Shown here: one piece after another, positions 24,548 to 37,698 of the stretch
Numbering within the stretch: the first letter of the stretch is position 1
Layout: every line of letters starts with the position of its first letter
From: Trichoplax sp. H2
Taxonomy: Eukaryota
Length of the DNA stretch: 64,000 bases
NCBI GenBank assembly: GCA_003344405.1
Contig: NOWV01000218.1
Coordinates: 1-64,000, forward strand
Reading direction: 5' to 3'
Program-made: the position numbers and the translations under genes
Notes under the pieces: model-generated
Seen by the model: only the letters and a program-made list of their open reading frames with translations
Database searches by the model: none
Told to the model about the DNA's origin: nothing

Positions 24548-27500
24548 CTATTTAAAATAACTTTCAATACTCATTTGCTTCGATGTTGAATTATCCAAGT
24601 GGGTTTGGCTGGCTATATTTTTTGCTTTATGATGCTTTTTCATTTCGTATTTGAGCTTCTTTCGCGGTGTAGTATTTAAATTGGTATCTTTAGAATTCAA
24701 ACAGTTTCCTATGCCTTTCGTCAACACACCCGATGGTCTCTTGTTGCCTTGGTGGGTAATACAAACAGGTGATAAGTTTAGTTGTTGTTGAACTACTTTC
24801 TTTTCACTGATGGTTGGCGAACTATTTCTGTTTTCGATGGGATCTAAGATATTTATACGATCTGTAGTGGATAAAAGAATAAGGTTTTAATCTATACTTA
24901 TCAATTATACTATTGTTACGATTATTGCTTAATGTAAGGGATTACAACTACGCCTTGCTATTTATTTTGCTGATATTAATTAATGATAGATTACGTTGTA
25001 GATATTTGAAAACGTGAATTTGTCTCCACTTAATAAGAAAATAGATTTAGAAGATGATACTGCCACAATACATTGATAATTAAAAATTTGTCTTTGGGTA
25101 TGCATTAGCATACCGTTGTTCTGTACACTAGATTTTTCAGACGTTGTAGTTTCAGCTGCTGTCTGACATACACCGATTAAATTACGAGGCTCTATAACGT
25201 CATAGTCGTTGCGTAAGCGCCTATAATGGAATAAATAATGGCCAAAAAATGATTTTCATACAGGTGTTACAATGAGTTGAGCAATATTTTTAACATTTAT
25301 TGTTACTTTAAATTGAATGTTGAAGTTGGCTATTTTAATAGTATATAAATTAACTTACCAAATTCTGTAGTTGTCATCGGAACACGTCGCTATCTAATAT
25401 AATTAGAAATAATGTTGAGTACAAAGTAAATTGATCTCTTAGTATACAAATGTGCACTAAAATAGAGCTAACAAAGCCGAAATCGTGTGGACACCAATCA
25501 ACGCAGGTAACTTCGCTAGAATGACCAATTAAAGTCAAAGGCGCTTGTGTTGGATTGCTAACCTAATTTCAATATCGAAGAGAATATAGTGGCCATTTTA
25601 TGATATTTTAATTTTTTCATGCAGTATTTCAGACTTAGTGTACCTTCCAAATATAAGAATTTGTACACGATGATCCACTTATTAGATAACGATCATCAGG
25701 GCTTAATGCAGCCTTAACAAAGAAGGAAGCATTGCTATGCCCAGAATATACAGCAGATGGCTTGATTGTGGTAGAATGCAAGTTATACTTGTAAATTCTA
25801 AAAATACAAAGAGTTGTCATTGTTAGGTTTTATAATTACTTGCTGTGCTACTTGAAAAATACCTATTATCGGTACAACTGGCAAATAAATTCGATCGGGT
25901 TGAGTCTATGACAAGAGATGTGAATCCTAATAAAGCAGAAGTCAAGGGATTAATTTAAGTTGATTTGTTCAGCAAAGATCAAATAACCTTTATGAGCTAT
26001 TATATTTACCGCGAGCTCGAGGGCTATTACCGCTATAAAAAATTTCAGATAATGGCTTTGAAATTGATTTAGGACTGCTGTAGCATCGACGAATATCCCA
26101 TTCTTTTAATTTTCTTTCGTTAGCAATCGTTCATTTAACAAAAATTCTAATTAGCACCACTCGATTGCTCAAACTAATGCAAAAATTTATCAGTTGAACG
26201 TGTCTAAATTATAGTTTACCCATCAGTCGCTCCAGCCGATAGTATAGTATGAGAACCATGATAAACAATGCAGGTTACACTCTAAAGAATAAATTGATTA
26301 TTAATAAAAAAGAAATGTTGCACTATTATTAATTAGTATTAAGACGATTATAGATGGACAAGTTAGAAGTTTTATGCCGTTAACACATCATGGACTTCTA
26401 AATTATATTAATATGAATGCACAGCTCACGGACGTACGTTTGCAGTAAATGTAGAAGCATCTTTCCGGAATATCTTTTTATGAGGATTAATTCCATGTGC
26501 ATTTTGTATCATATTCACAGGCTTATAAAGACCACCTATAAAATTATTAGTGTATTTCAAAGTTTGGCAGTACGAATTTTTGGTGATAAATTTAAGCATG
26601 CAGTTTAGTGTATTGAAGGAGAAGCCACATCTAATGCTATTGTTATAATCAATTACAAAGTCACTAAGAGAAATTTCTTAACATTGCGTTGATAAATTGG
26701 CATATTATAACGTGAAGGTAAAAATTGATTGCTATCCTTTTAAATTATTCAGTTTATTGATAGAGGGAATCTTACTGTGGTGAAAGCAATTTATTACCTA
26801 TGCTAACACTAACAACTGACGTAACACTAATCATTTACCGGCTTTATTACATCGAGGATCCCAAATCATGATACTTCCATCTCGAGAACCAGTAGCAAAC
26901 ACACCTAAGAGCCATAGTAGTGATGTTCATATAGGGAAAGTGATAGTTATATCAACAATACATGTTATCAGAACATTGCTTTGCTCTCCATACCTGTATC
27001 ATCAGGTTGTATATCGATGCATTTAACGCTCCCTTTGTGTCCCGCATAGGCTGCCAAATTGATATTTTTACATGTATCCCATTCAATTACAGTTCCATCT
27101 CCCGATCCAGTTAGCTAAATACGAGGATTGAGCTTTTGAGTTACAGTAGTTTAACAAAGAGTGTCTAACAGTTACTTCCGATAATTTATGCATTACCAAC
27201 TTATCGCCATCACTACGCCATGCTATGTCAAAGATTGCGTTGGCATGGGCATTCCATTCTGATGAAAATGCAATTGCAAGTAGCGATAAGTATTAAAAGT
27301 TTTAAATTATTATACCATAATTGTACGTAGTTAAAGTATTTTCACTGTTTGCTCGTTTGTACTTTATCATACAATCGATACGTAATCCTGGGATGATCGG
27401 GAAATGTTAAATACTGATTACAACAGTCCTTATTTAAACATACCTTTAACCACAGCAGATCGATTGTAATTAACTAACTGGACCGAACCACCTTCATCGG

Positions 27501-28460
27501 CGATAGCTAATACATGCGAAGAATTTCTGGCTGTAATAAATGATATCAAACCAAGTTTATTGAAGTTGGATACATAGTAAATAAGACACTGTCTGAATTA
27601 GCTAAAGAGACGTTATCATGCATGATTCAAGAATATTACCAGGACAAAATTTGCATGAAAAGGGGGGCACCGGAGTCTAGGTATATCATAAGAAAGCAAT
27701 ATACAGGTACGTCAGCATTCGATGCTAGCTAGAGGCAATTTAAGTAGCATCGCTCAAAATATATGTGTATATAGCTAGAGGCAATTTAAGTAGCATCGCT
27801 CAAAATATATGTGTATATAGCTAGAGGCAATTTAAAAGCATCGTTCCAACTGTATTTAACTATTGAACATTAGCCAATACAGCAAATTAGCTAGGCAAAA
27901 GTATGTATCCATAGGTGGATTTGAGGTGTTTATTTTTTAGTTGTGTCATCACTCATCAGTCTACAGTATCCACATGACAAGATGATTTGGATTTTGATAA
28001 ACTTACCAGGCCATCTACTTCAAGAGCGACATGTTCATCAGCACGAGTTGATACGAATTGATTGATGATGATTGACTGAATTTGAGAAGCTGTTATTGAA
28101 AAGTTAAATACAGAGGATGAGTTGAACATGTCTATAATATCCATTTCAAAGAGTTACAAGTGATGCAATGTTTCTGTATACTTTATTGCTACATTTAAGT
28201 TATTAGAATGATTATAATCCAATTTCACTTTAGGTGTTTTTCACCTACGAAGGAAATCTTTTAGCCTTCTACTGTACTGTACTGTACATTCATTCGTATA
28301 CGTATCAGGTAGACTTTCCACCATGATTTGATCATTGTGAAATTACTCTCCAACTATTGGCAAGTGTCATTGCATGATGAATGCATGTCAATATGGCCGT
28401 ACCTAGCTGGTATTCATGCTTTCCTCTACTTTGTCGATATTGGGTTAAAGCAGCTAACAT
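24548..28460 (-). CDS. DTL: Denticleless/CDT2, CRL4 substrate receptor (WD40), multi-exon
   Basis: DEH...PVPPFSC, HVLAIADEGG, WNAHANAIFDIAW, TGSGDGT, GHKGSVK, FATGSRDG, GHSNASFFVKAALSPDDRYLISGSS, GHSSEVTCVDWCP, IATCSDD and a terminal PIP box QMSIESYFK*. ATG 28460 has an in-frame stop just upstream. Confidence 0.95.
27727..27844. repeat. 46-bp tandem repeat, ~2.5 copies, in a DTL intron
   Basis: agctagaggcaatttaagtagcatcgctcaaaatatatgtgtatat starts at 27727, 27773 and 27819 (partial). Confidence 0.9.
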
Positions 28461-29069
28461 GTTGAGGTATTAAAGGAACTAGATTCAAAATGATGGTAGA
28501 GAAAGATGTAGCATCCAATGGATGCCTTGATGTTAATATCGCAATGGATAGGTCTTGAAACTCCGATTGAAAAAAGCAACGTCATCTTATTACCTGCAAG
28601 TCTACCATGAGGAAAGCTAGGAATGGTTGCTTCGATCGAAAGTACGTACAGTCTCTCAATCAGATGATCCAGATCGTTTAGCGTACTTGGCAGACGGTGC
28701 AGAGAAGTAATAATTTAATAAATTAATGATCTTGCAATTGTTATTGTTGGCTATTATCGGGCACGTCGTTCTGCAATAATTGACAATTTTGTCCTTGTGA
28801 TCACTTGAGATTGTGCAGTAGTCAATTCTTAGTCATGAATCGATGAATGCTGTCTATTGCAGGCGAATAGCCATTCGTTTAGCACAGTAGCTTGCAATGG
28901 ATGTCGAGTAGCGATGTCGACGATGAAGAGTTTGCCACGGAAATGATGGCATTCCGCTAATCCATGCCTACCTTGCTGTACTGTAGCCTGTTGACTGTTG
29001 TAATGTCTCAGTAATGATACTATCCATTGTATGCATGTGGCGTAGGATGGTCATCATCCACTTTTAAAA

Positions 29070-29118
29070 TTTCGCGGCAGAAATTGCCGCGCAATAGAAA
29101 GGAAGGAGCTGATTGGCT
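29070..29118. promoter_or_regulatory. Inverted pair of E2F-like sites plus CCAAT box upstream of DTL
   Basis: TTTCGCGG (29070-29077) and CCGCGCAA (29087-29094) form the inverted repeat CGCGGCA-N5-TGCCGCG. GATTGGCT at 29111-29118 reads AGCCAATC on the DTL strand. Confidence 0.5.
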
Positions 29119-29215
29119 GAGAGTGCCGCGATGGATATAGCGTTGTACTGTACACTATACACTGTAGAGTGCCTAGTGTACTGTATACTCTAGGCTGTAC
29201 AGTACAATCCTTACA

Positions 29216-29245
29216 GTACTGTACTGTACTGTACTGTACTGTACT
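29216..29245. repeat. (GTACT)6 microsatellite in the DTL/INTS7 divergent promoter
   Basis: Six perfect GTACT copies followed by gtatt gtacc, embedded in a wider GTAC-rich patch (29140-29265). Confidence 0.9.
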
Positions 29246-29473
29246 GTATTGTACCACTACACAGTAGTGCCCCATACAATCCTCTTAGTCCCATATAATC
29301 CTATAGTTGATTGTTGAATGCTTTACACCTTAATGAAGAATGTACTTACACCACTTCAGTATGCAAACTGTCCATTCTAAATATGGGATTCATTTTTTTT
29401 CCAACTATAAATTAATTAGCGAAACCCGCAGAAATTCCACGGAATAGAGTGCTATTTTAGGTTAATAGAGTAT

Positions 29474-29653
29474 GATTTTTGATTCAAAAAATGGAGTAGC
29501 CCATTATTTTGTCGGTCATTTCGCTCGATCGTAAGACTGAAACTGTGCATGGTAAGACAGACGGATCGCTGAGATTTTTGATTCATAGAAAAGAGCGGTC
29601 GATTATTTTGCCGGTCATTTCGCTCTATCGTAAGACTGAAACCGTACATGGTA
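29474..29653. repeat. 99-bp period imperfect duplication in the DTL/INTS7 intergenic region
   Basis: gatttttgattca...attattttg(t/c)cggtcatttcgctc(g/t)atcgtaagactgaaac...catggta at 29474 and 29573. Confidence 0.85.
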
Positions 29654-29938
29654 CTGTGCCTAACTCGCTTGGCCAACGTACCTGCGTAGAACTGCACGAA
29701 TGACAGTCAGTCAGTCAGTCGGTCCGACCGTACGGTACAATGTGACTCCATGTTGGAAAAAAACCTCTCGATCACAACACTGGACTCGGTCTATCCCATC
29801 ATTCAGCTGGTGCTGTACGGGTAGTAGAAGGGACTTGAGTCAGGGGTAAGTTCCAAGCTTCGGATCGCGCAAGCGTAGACACAACTTGTTGTGATAATAA
29901 GGAGCCGTAGCGTAGAACCTTCCTTGGCACCTTTCACT

Positions 29939-32900
29939 ATGGCTACCGGTGGAGTGGATTGGGATGGATCGTTTACTCATCAGCATGATTGGCGAGATGC
30001 AAATTCTGCCATGATTGAACTAGAAAAGGGTAAGTTGGACAACACTAATCGTAGATCAATTCTTGCCGCTAAGCCATAAGTATGCTGTTATTTCCAAGGA
30101 AGGAAATGACCTTTCGTACTGTTGTAATATTACTCGCCTCCTTGGGCACAATTGTTCTTGAGGCCATGCAAATGAGTCCCGTTTGCATTGCATGCTCATC
30201 TTTGACGTATGGATTACTCCATCAACTTGCAATGAAACGCTGGCTATGACGGTGTAAAGAAGTAGCCTTTCATGCAAACACGATTCACAATGGATACAGC
30301 CATCGTTGACGGTGATGAAGATGAATGGAGAACCATTGCCTGATTCCTGCTGTTCATACTTGATCATGAAATCCAGCTCGATAAAAGTCAACGTCCAACG
30401 AGTTATATGCAATAATTCACCATACAATTTACAAGAGCATTTCCTTACTGATATCTTGTAACAAAATCCCTTCAACCTATGCAAATAACTATCTATAGTT
30501 CACCTTTAAAAGAATTGAAATATCTTTAGAAACATGAGTCACTGTTACCTCTTGCCTTACTGTAGATTGAGTGGTGACTAAAGTGCATCAACACATCGCA
30601 TGATTCGTACGCTATCATGACTTGCCATATCATTGCTATTGAGATCACAGTCTATTTCAATCAACTTAATAGGATAATTTTATATTTTGACTTTTTAATA
30701 GGCCTTCGCTCATCCAATATTGGTGAACAATGTGAAGCGATTGTTCGCTTTCCGAAATTGTTTGAAAAGTTTCCTTTTCCTATCCTCGTCAATTCGGCGT
30801 TTATGAAATTAACCGATTTATTTTATTCAGGGTACGATGATGATAGAAAATGTAACCTCTCTTGTCATGCGTGTCGATATATATTTACTATTTCAATTTT
30901 TAACATTGTCTTTTACCGTTATGAATATCGAGCTTACTTCTTGCTATTATCGCAATAGTATATTAGCTGCTGTACGTACTATACCTTAATTGTTATTATT
31001 TATCTTTTATACGTTTATCATCAGTACAAGATCAGTACCTGTTATCATATTTGTGAACTGAATAGGCGTAGAGCTGTACATTTTTTATATTGTATTTTGT
31101 CGTTAGAACTTTGTTACTTGATTGAGTTATAAATACTAGGTAATTTGTGCCGATAATTAGAACGGAAAATAAGCATACTACGTTGTAAAAATTAACTGGA
31201 GATTAAACAAAATCTAAATTTGTGAAATTGTAAGATTGAAAAATAATACTTGCAATAATTATTTGTTACAGGAGTAATTTTCTACGCCTTTGCATTTTAC
31301 AAGTTACTAAAGACAGTCGAAAACATTTAGGAAAGATTTTAAATGTTGAAGATTGTGTTCGACGTTTATATTCTGTCATGTTAAGTAATGATCCTGTTGC
31401 AAGAGCAATCACTTTAAGGTACGGCAACGTAGTACAACTAATTCATGATACGCTATTGTAGTTTAAAAATTGCCTTGATATAAGCTCATACGAGTATATT
31501 GGATAAATAATTGATTGATGGAGCCACTACTACCATTTCTATACATGAAGGTAGTAAAGGCGTCAGTCACTTTAAACATGGATTGTAAGAAAGTTATGAT
31601 TTTATATTTTTATAGCCTAACTTTATTGCTTGACTTAAAAGTGTTTTTAATATTGGCAATCTAGTTACCGATATCAAAAGTGGATAATTAAATATAGTAT
31701 GTAGTAAATGAGTACAGTCAAGAAATAATATTCTTTCATTCTTGATAGCCAAAATGATTTTTATATTTTCTTCAGCCTTTCATTAATTGAATAATGCATG
31801 TACGATTGTATAGTACGTATATCTTAACCTTAATGATTGTTGCACAAGTAATTGATGTGTACTTGTTATACAATGTAATTTATACAAGATAATACAGTAT
31901 AAAGTGCTAAATTGACATTTTTTACCATTAAAAATACCTTAGTTGAATTGATCATTGATACTTGCTAATAAGTCACTGCAATGACGATAATTTTTTACAT
32001 AATAATTTAGTCTAAAGTAATACTGCTATATTTGATATAAAATTTTAGAGTGTTTGGAAATATTGCTTCCATTATCGCCGAGCACAAGAATATTCACCAT
32101 AGGTAGGCTCTATAGGATAGCTCTATTGTAGATATTTTCTTTTTAATCAAATCATGTTATAGTTACTCAGATTGCTTCTAAGTAAGGCATAAATTGTCGT
32201 ATTGATAGCATACAACATAGCCTAGACTCTCACGACCATATTGAATTGGAAGGTGCTATTCTTGCTTCTTACCGACTTAGTGCAGAATCGGCGTAAGTCA
32301 ACTAAATACAATACCTATTTTGTATCTTATTGTGTAAAGTTAAAAAGTGTTTCTGTTTCTTGCTTATTGACCGCAATTTTGAAATATTACTTGATTCAAT
32401 GCAGGACTTTTGCTTCCGCAATCTGTAGTAAAATCGCAAATATGATCCAAGGTAAGGAAACAGATCAATAAACCTAAAAAATAGCTACTAGATTAGTATT
32501 TATTAATGTTGCTTAACTCATTGCGAGAGATATATTGAAAGCGCTTTAATAGCTAGTTAATCAAATTTTTATGTTGAATAAGAAATAGTTCAAAATTGTA
32601 ATTTTTTATTTAGGAATGGGCACATCCATAGAAGTGAAAATAAAAATGATTCGCATACTACGTTACATGCATCACGATGAAGAATCGATATCCAAGGTAA
32701 ATGTTGATATCAAGTGTCTGGTAATATTCCCATCTTCCATACATGTTGTGTTGTGTTGTGTTTTGACATTCATGTTTATTGCAATAGGCGCGTCAGTTGT
32801 GTCACACGCTTTTAATTGCGTATCCTGGCTCCAATTTTGTAAAGATTACTCTCCACGTTTTATCTTTACTATCTATTAAATCAGTATTAGACATTTCTCA

Positions 32901-35900
32901 TCAGGTATGCTACATACGTATACGCTTTATTGATATTGATCTTACAGTTGACACCAATGCCCTACTCAAATTACAGCATTATATTGATTTCTATTCGTTT
33001 CTTATATATTACTTTGTCTCTAGATTTCCTTCTTATTGAATTACTTAAAATCGGATCAAAGATTAGAGATTCGTAGAATAGCTATTCAAGATTTAAGATT
33101 ATTTGCTAGAAAAGTGCCTCATATGTGGAATAAGGAAGATATTCAGGTTAATTAACTTTATTATAGCATTAGCTTTGGCAGTCTTTGTTCATGAAAGATA
33201 TTAGGTACCATAATGATTAGTATTTAAAACATAGAGTTTTTTGATGCTATAGTTAAGCCTATAACGTTATTTTGTTACAATATCATTATCACGCTTGGAT
33301 AGGGATTATGTGAGATCCTTCTATCCTTTCCTCAGCAAGAGATTCAAATACTTATTTTGCGAACCTTAGTGATACTGGCTCATTCTGTAGCAGTAAAATG
33401 CATGGCAGAATGCGAAGGTATGTGATAGAAGTTTAATTGTGTAAAAAATTCCAAAATGATTAATATTAACATGAGTTGCGAAATTCACTGGGTATTGTAA
33501 AAATTTATCAACGTAAGACTATTTATTATTATAGACATTGTCAAAGTTTTCGAACGATTTGGGTTACACGCGAATTTAGCCTTTGCCGCATTAACGTTAG
33601 ACTTTTGTTCCTCTGTTGCTAATTCAGATCATTATGGTAATACAAATAAAAGTATATAAAATTTGATACATGTATAAAAATTGTTTATGGTAGAATAGAT
33701 CAGAGGCATTTGTGTTCATATATTCATTGATTTATTAAGACCTTAACTTCTTAAAATTTTGTTCTATAAAGAGCGCAAGTGTACCGCAACGGATGCTACG
33801 GAGTTTTATCAACAACTTGAAGTTGGCATAGAAATGTTGTTAATTAGTTATGCAACGTCGAAAAAAGTTCACAAAGAAATTGAAAAGGTATATAGTTATT
33901 AATATTATGTAGTGTACGTAAAATTTTATTTTCTATTAGTTCCTTAGTTAAAAAACATTTGTCTTATTTGTTGTCTAGCTATGTTTTCGTTGTATCAAGA
34001 ATATCATCCAAGTTTATACTCTAGCTAGAAATTCACTCATACAATTGGTTTCTGCAATAATTCCTAATGTTGACGGTAGCTAAAGCTTCAACTTTATACA
34101 CTTAGCGTAGAATTTAAATTGTTATCGAACTCATAAATGTATCATATCTGTGCAATAATAATTTTTTATCGTCTCTGATAGTATCCATCGGTGTAATGTT
34201 ATGTAATATACTGAAAATAATCGGAGCCAATTCTCAGTTGTTCGAAGCAATAAAAGTAATTCTTCAAAAGCTATCGAATACATCACAAAATCTTTCGGAA
34301 TCTCAAGATAATAGCAACAGTACAATAGTAAGTGAACCACTGCTTGTTTAATGACTTTATTACTCTATCCTGTTCTTTTCGGTGGTTTAATTGGTAACTT
34401 TTATTTTATTAGGTGGCGATAGTGACGCTACTATCGTATGGCATTCCTCATGTAGATGATGAAAATAATCTACAAATGTTTAGCCTTCTCGCACCTTTTA
34501 TCGATGTATTAAAAGCAAACGGTAATTACTGGAGTGTCTTTTGTATTGCTCGTTCTAGCGCTCAGGTTGGATTCTTCTCGGTCGCCTCTCCACTATTCAA
34601 GCAATTAACGATTAAGGTAGTAATTATGATTATGTCCTAATAATAAGTTATTTATATCTGTATATTAATGATTCAATCTTTCCTTACAGGTGTCATCCGA
34701 AAGTTACTACTTCTACTTAACGGCATTACATCACTTTTGTCATGCTGAAAATCGGATAGCGTCGTTTCTTTTCGAAGATAACCGATCAACTGATTTATCG
34801 TTATGCCTTATGGACGCATGTAATGCTTATCATAAAGGACTCACAGCATTGAAGGTTCATAGATCTTACAATCATAAAGCATAAAGTGACATCTTTTTGT
34901 AACTTCTTATAGACATCAATTGTTATCATTACTTTTGATTATTGATAAATGCTACATTTTATTTAACAGGCTTCTGTTACTCCGAAGCATAGCTTGACTT
35001 TCCAATGTAAATTTGCAAAGCTCAGAGCGGATTTTTTACAAGTTGGAATGACATTAAGTAGTTTTTGTTCAGCTATGAATACAACTGTATATTCCACATC
35101 TACTACCAATATTGTAAATCTTCCACAAGTTAGTAACAATATATATTGACGTAGAATACTGTATGTCAGAACTATTAAATTAATTGCACCAATTATTGCT
35201 TCCATTTTATGCTTGAAGTGGGGAGCTTACGCACGAACATTTCGGACTATAAGTGAAGATCTTGAAATTTTGTATAATCAATCATTTGATGCAGATTTAA
35301 ATTCGTTGGATAATCTTAAAATGTGCGTTGAATTGTGTTGAATTGCAAATTGGATTGATTGTTTGCTTTCCAAAAATTTTAAAATACTTGATCTATTTAC
35401 TGATTGGTGTGCTCAAATGTGTGTATCAAATTGTAATCAGGTTTCAACAAAGTTGCCTACTAATGGCTTATTGTATAGAATTACTAACTGCTAACAGTGT
35501 TAGGTAAATATGCATTTAAGATAATTTTTACGTAATAAAATTTTACATTTTTAGCCTACACTAGTGACATGGGTAATCTTATTTTTTAATCTATTGCAGG
35601 GTAACATCTGAAGGGTTACTAAATCAGGATGTTACACTTAACTTGGCGGACGTAAATATCTGTCGATATCCGAATATGAATAAGTTTCATAAAGAGGTTA
35701 CGGATAGAATTGCCGAATTTGCAGAGAAATGTAAAGGCCGAAATTTTAACCAAAGTGTACGTTACAAGATTTTACAAGTTTTCATTATGTTTACACTATT
35801 GTTTTTAGAGCATCGTTTTTGAAACCTATACTAACTCGGAAATTACTTGTAAATTTTTTAGCATGGTTTCTATGTAAGAGCTATTTTAAGTACATTATTG

Positions 35901-36775
35901 AAGGTTCCTTTCCGCTATCCTTCGTATTTCTTTGTTGGCCAGCAGACAACAAAAATCACAGTAAATGAATTTTAATGCAATATACAGTACATATCATATT
36001 ATGTGATAAATTTTATACACTGTATTTTCTAACTTGTATTTGATATAATCACATAAAATTATAAAGCTGGCTGTATCACCTAATGCTCGTCATCCCAATG
36101 AACCGATTTTGGTAATTTTACCAACTCAGTTGTTAATGAAGGTCGAAGGAATTATTCAACATGGTAGTAGGCAAGGTATCCATTAGTAATTGTATATCTT
36201 TAGTAAATTTTACTCTTTGATAAAATGCAGCATCTTTTCGTCGATTTATTCCAGTTCACGTACCCTCCCAATCTTGCCATATTATGACGATTTATTGGCA
36301 ATTTTCACCTTAGTTCTGAAATACGGAAATATTTTATTTTCAATCTATTGTTTTAGGAATCCATCGGCGATTAAAATCGATTAGCTTAACGTTAAATGCT
36401 ACTGTCAAAGAAGCACTAAGTGATACTGAAGCTTATTTTAAGGTAAATATATTAGCTAAAAATCTGTTTGTGAACGAGATATGGCTACGGTTTCTAATTT
36501 ACTACAGTATTATGTACCACTGCTCTTAAATATTTTCACATTTTATTTACTAGGCGACTACGGATATTGTCCTAAGACAAGTAGTAGAGCCTAAAAATGA
36601 TTATTTTAGTGCACAATTTCTATTGAACTTTTCATTGCCAAGTCTATATAATGTCCATATTGATGTAAGCGTTATTGATGAAAATAGTGTCTCTTGGCAT
36701 ACTGGTCCACAAAGAGATATTCCAGTTCGATGTAACGCTGGTAATAACTCTAGTAATTTTGCTAGTCAAAGGTGA
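29939..36775 (+). CDS. INTS7: Integrator complex subunit 7, multi-exon
   Basis: DANSAMIELEK|GLRSSNIGEQCEAIVRFPKLFEKFPFPILVNSAFMKL, NFLRLCILQV, SNDPVARAITLR, SLDSHD, YNQSFDAD, PSYFF, KVEGIIQHG, VEPKNDYFSAQFLLNF, WHTGP. ATG 29939, TGA 36773-36775. Confidence 0.96.
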
Positions 36776-37698
36776 ATGAGTATTTTGTTTTAGTGTACAG
36801 TTCCCACGGCGTTATTTAAAATAAAATTTTTTTGTACTATAAATCTGATGTACTTCTCGATATTACATGAAATAAAATGTATACTCGTATAACTTGTAAA
36901 TCATGTATTGTATACACGTAACCGACAAGGATATTACAGCGAAGGGTATGACTACAGTATTGATCTTCGTTCGAGGTTCTAATTCGTCTGAACTTTTTTT
37001 GCAGAAATGCTGCAATATTAACAACCTTCATTTCTTTATTGAATACAACACGTAAACGACAAAGGATATATCAACAGTAATCCATTAGATAAAATGCTAG
37101 TTCAGGGATTCTAGGTGTGATGAGTTCTTATATCCATTAGTAAGTTGTCATTAGCCTGTATCGATATCATTTAATACGTTATTTCCTGCGAAAGATATGA
37201 AATAACATTTTTATGTATCGATGATCTGAATTAGAAGATTGTCTTTCAAATTACAGCTGAATGATTTTTATCATATCTGAGTCTTGATTGATATGCAATA
37301 CCAAACGACAACCTCGAGGATTGAAGGTTTCTGTGTTGTATTATTATAATAATAGTTATTATAAATTTTAGTAATGTTGCTGTACAACATAATAACCTTT
37401 CTAATGTACTGCTGGATGATCTGATCTTCATTCATATTTAAGGCAGAATCGGGAGTTTATAATCGCAACAAATGCTATAGATAACAACGTCGCCTTGTGG
37501 ACGAAATTATTATAATAAATAGTATAATGAATAAAATTAATTAATTTAAAACATTTAAATCTCGAATATATAGCTACTCCTCTAATTACAGTAGAATACA
37601 TTTTGCAAATATAGTGAAAGTCTATGATTGTACACAAACAACGCATAAATAAGAGTACGTATTCCATTGATAGTTTATAAAATTACATGGTATACGGT

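Noticed and set aside
30056..30484. 142-codon antisense ORF in INTS7 intron 1
   Set aside because: Non-ATG start, no recognisable motif and no supporting splice or homology evidence.
36176..36356. INTS7 intron with a GTATCCATT donor as a U12 intron
   Set aside because: Mismatch to GTATCCTT, no CCTTAAC branch site near the 3' end, and an ordinary pyrimidine tract.
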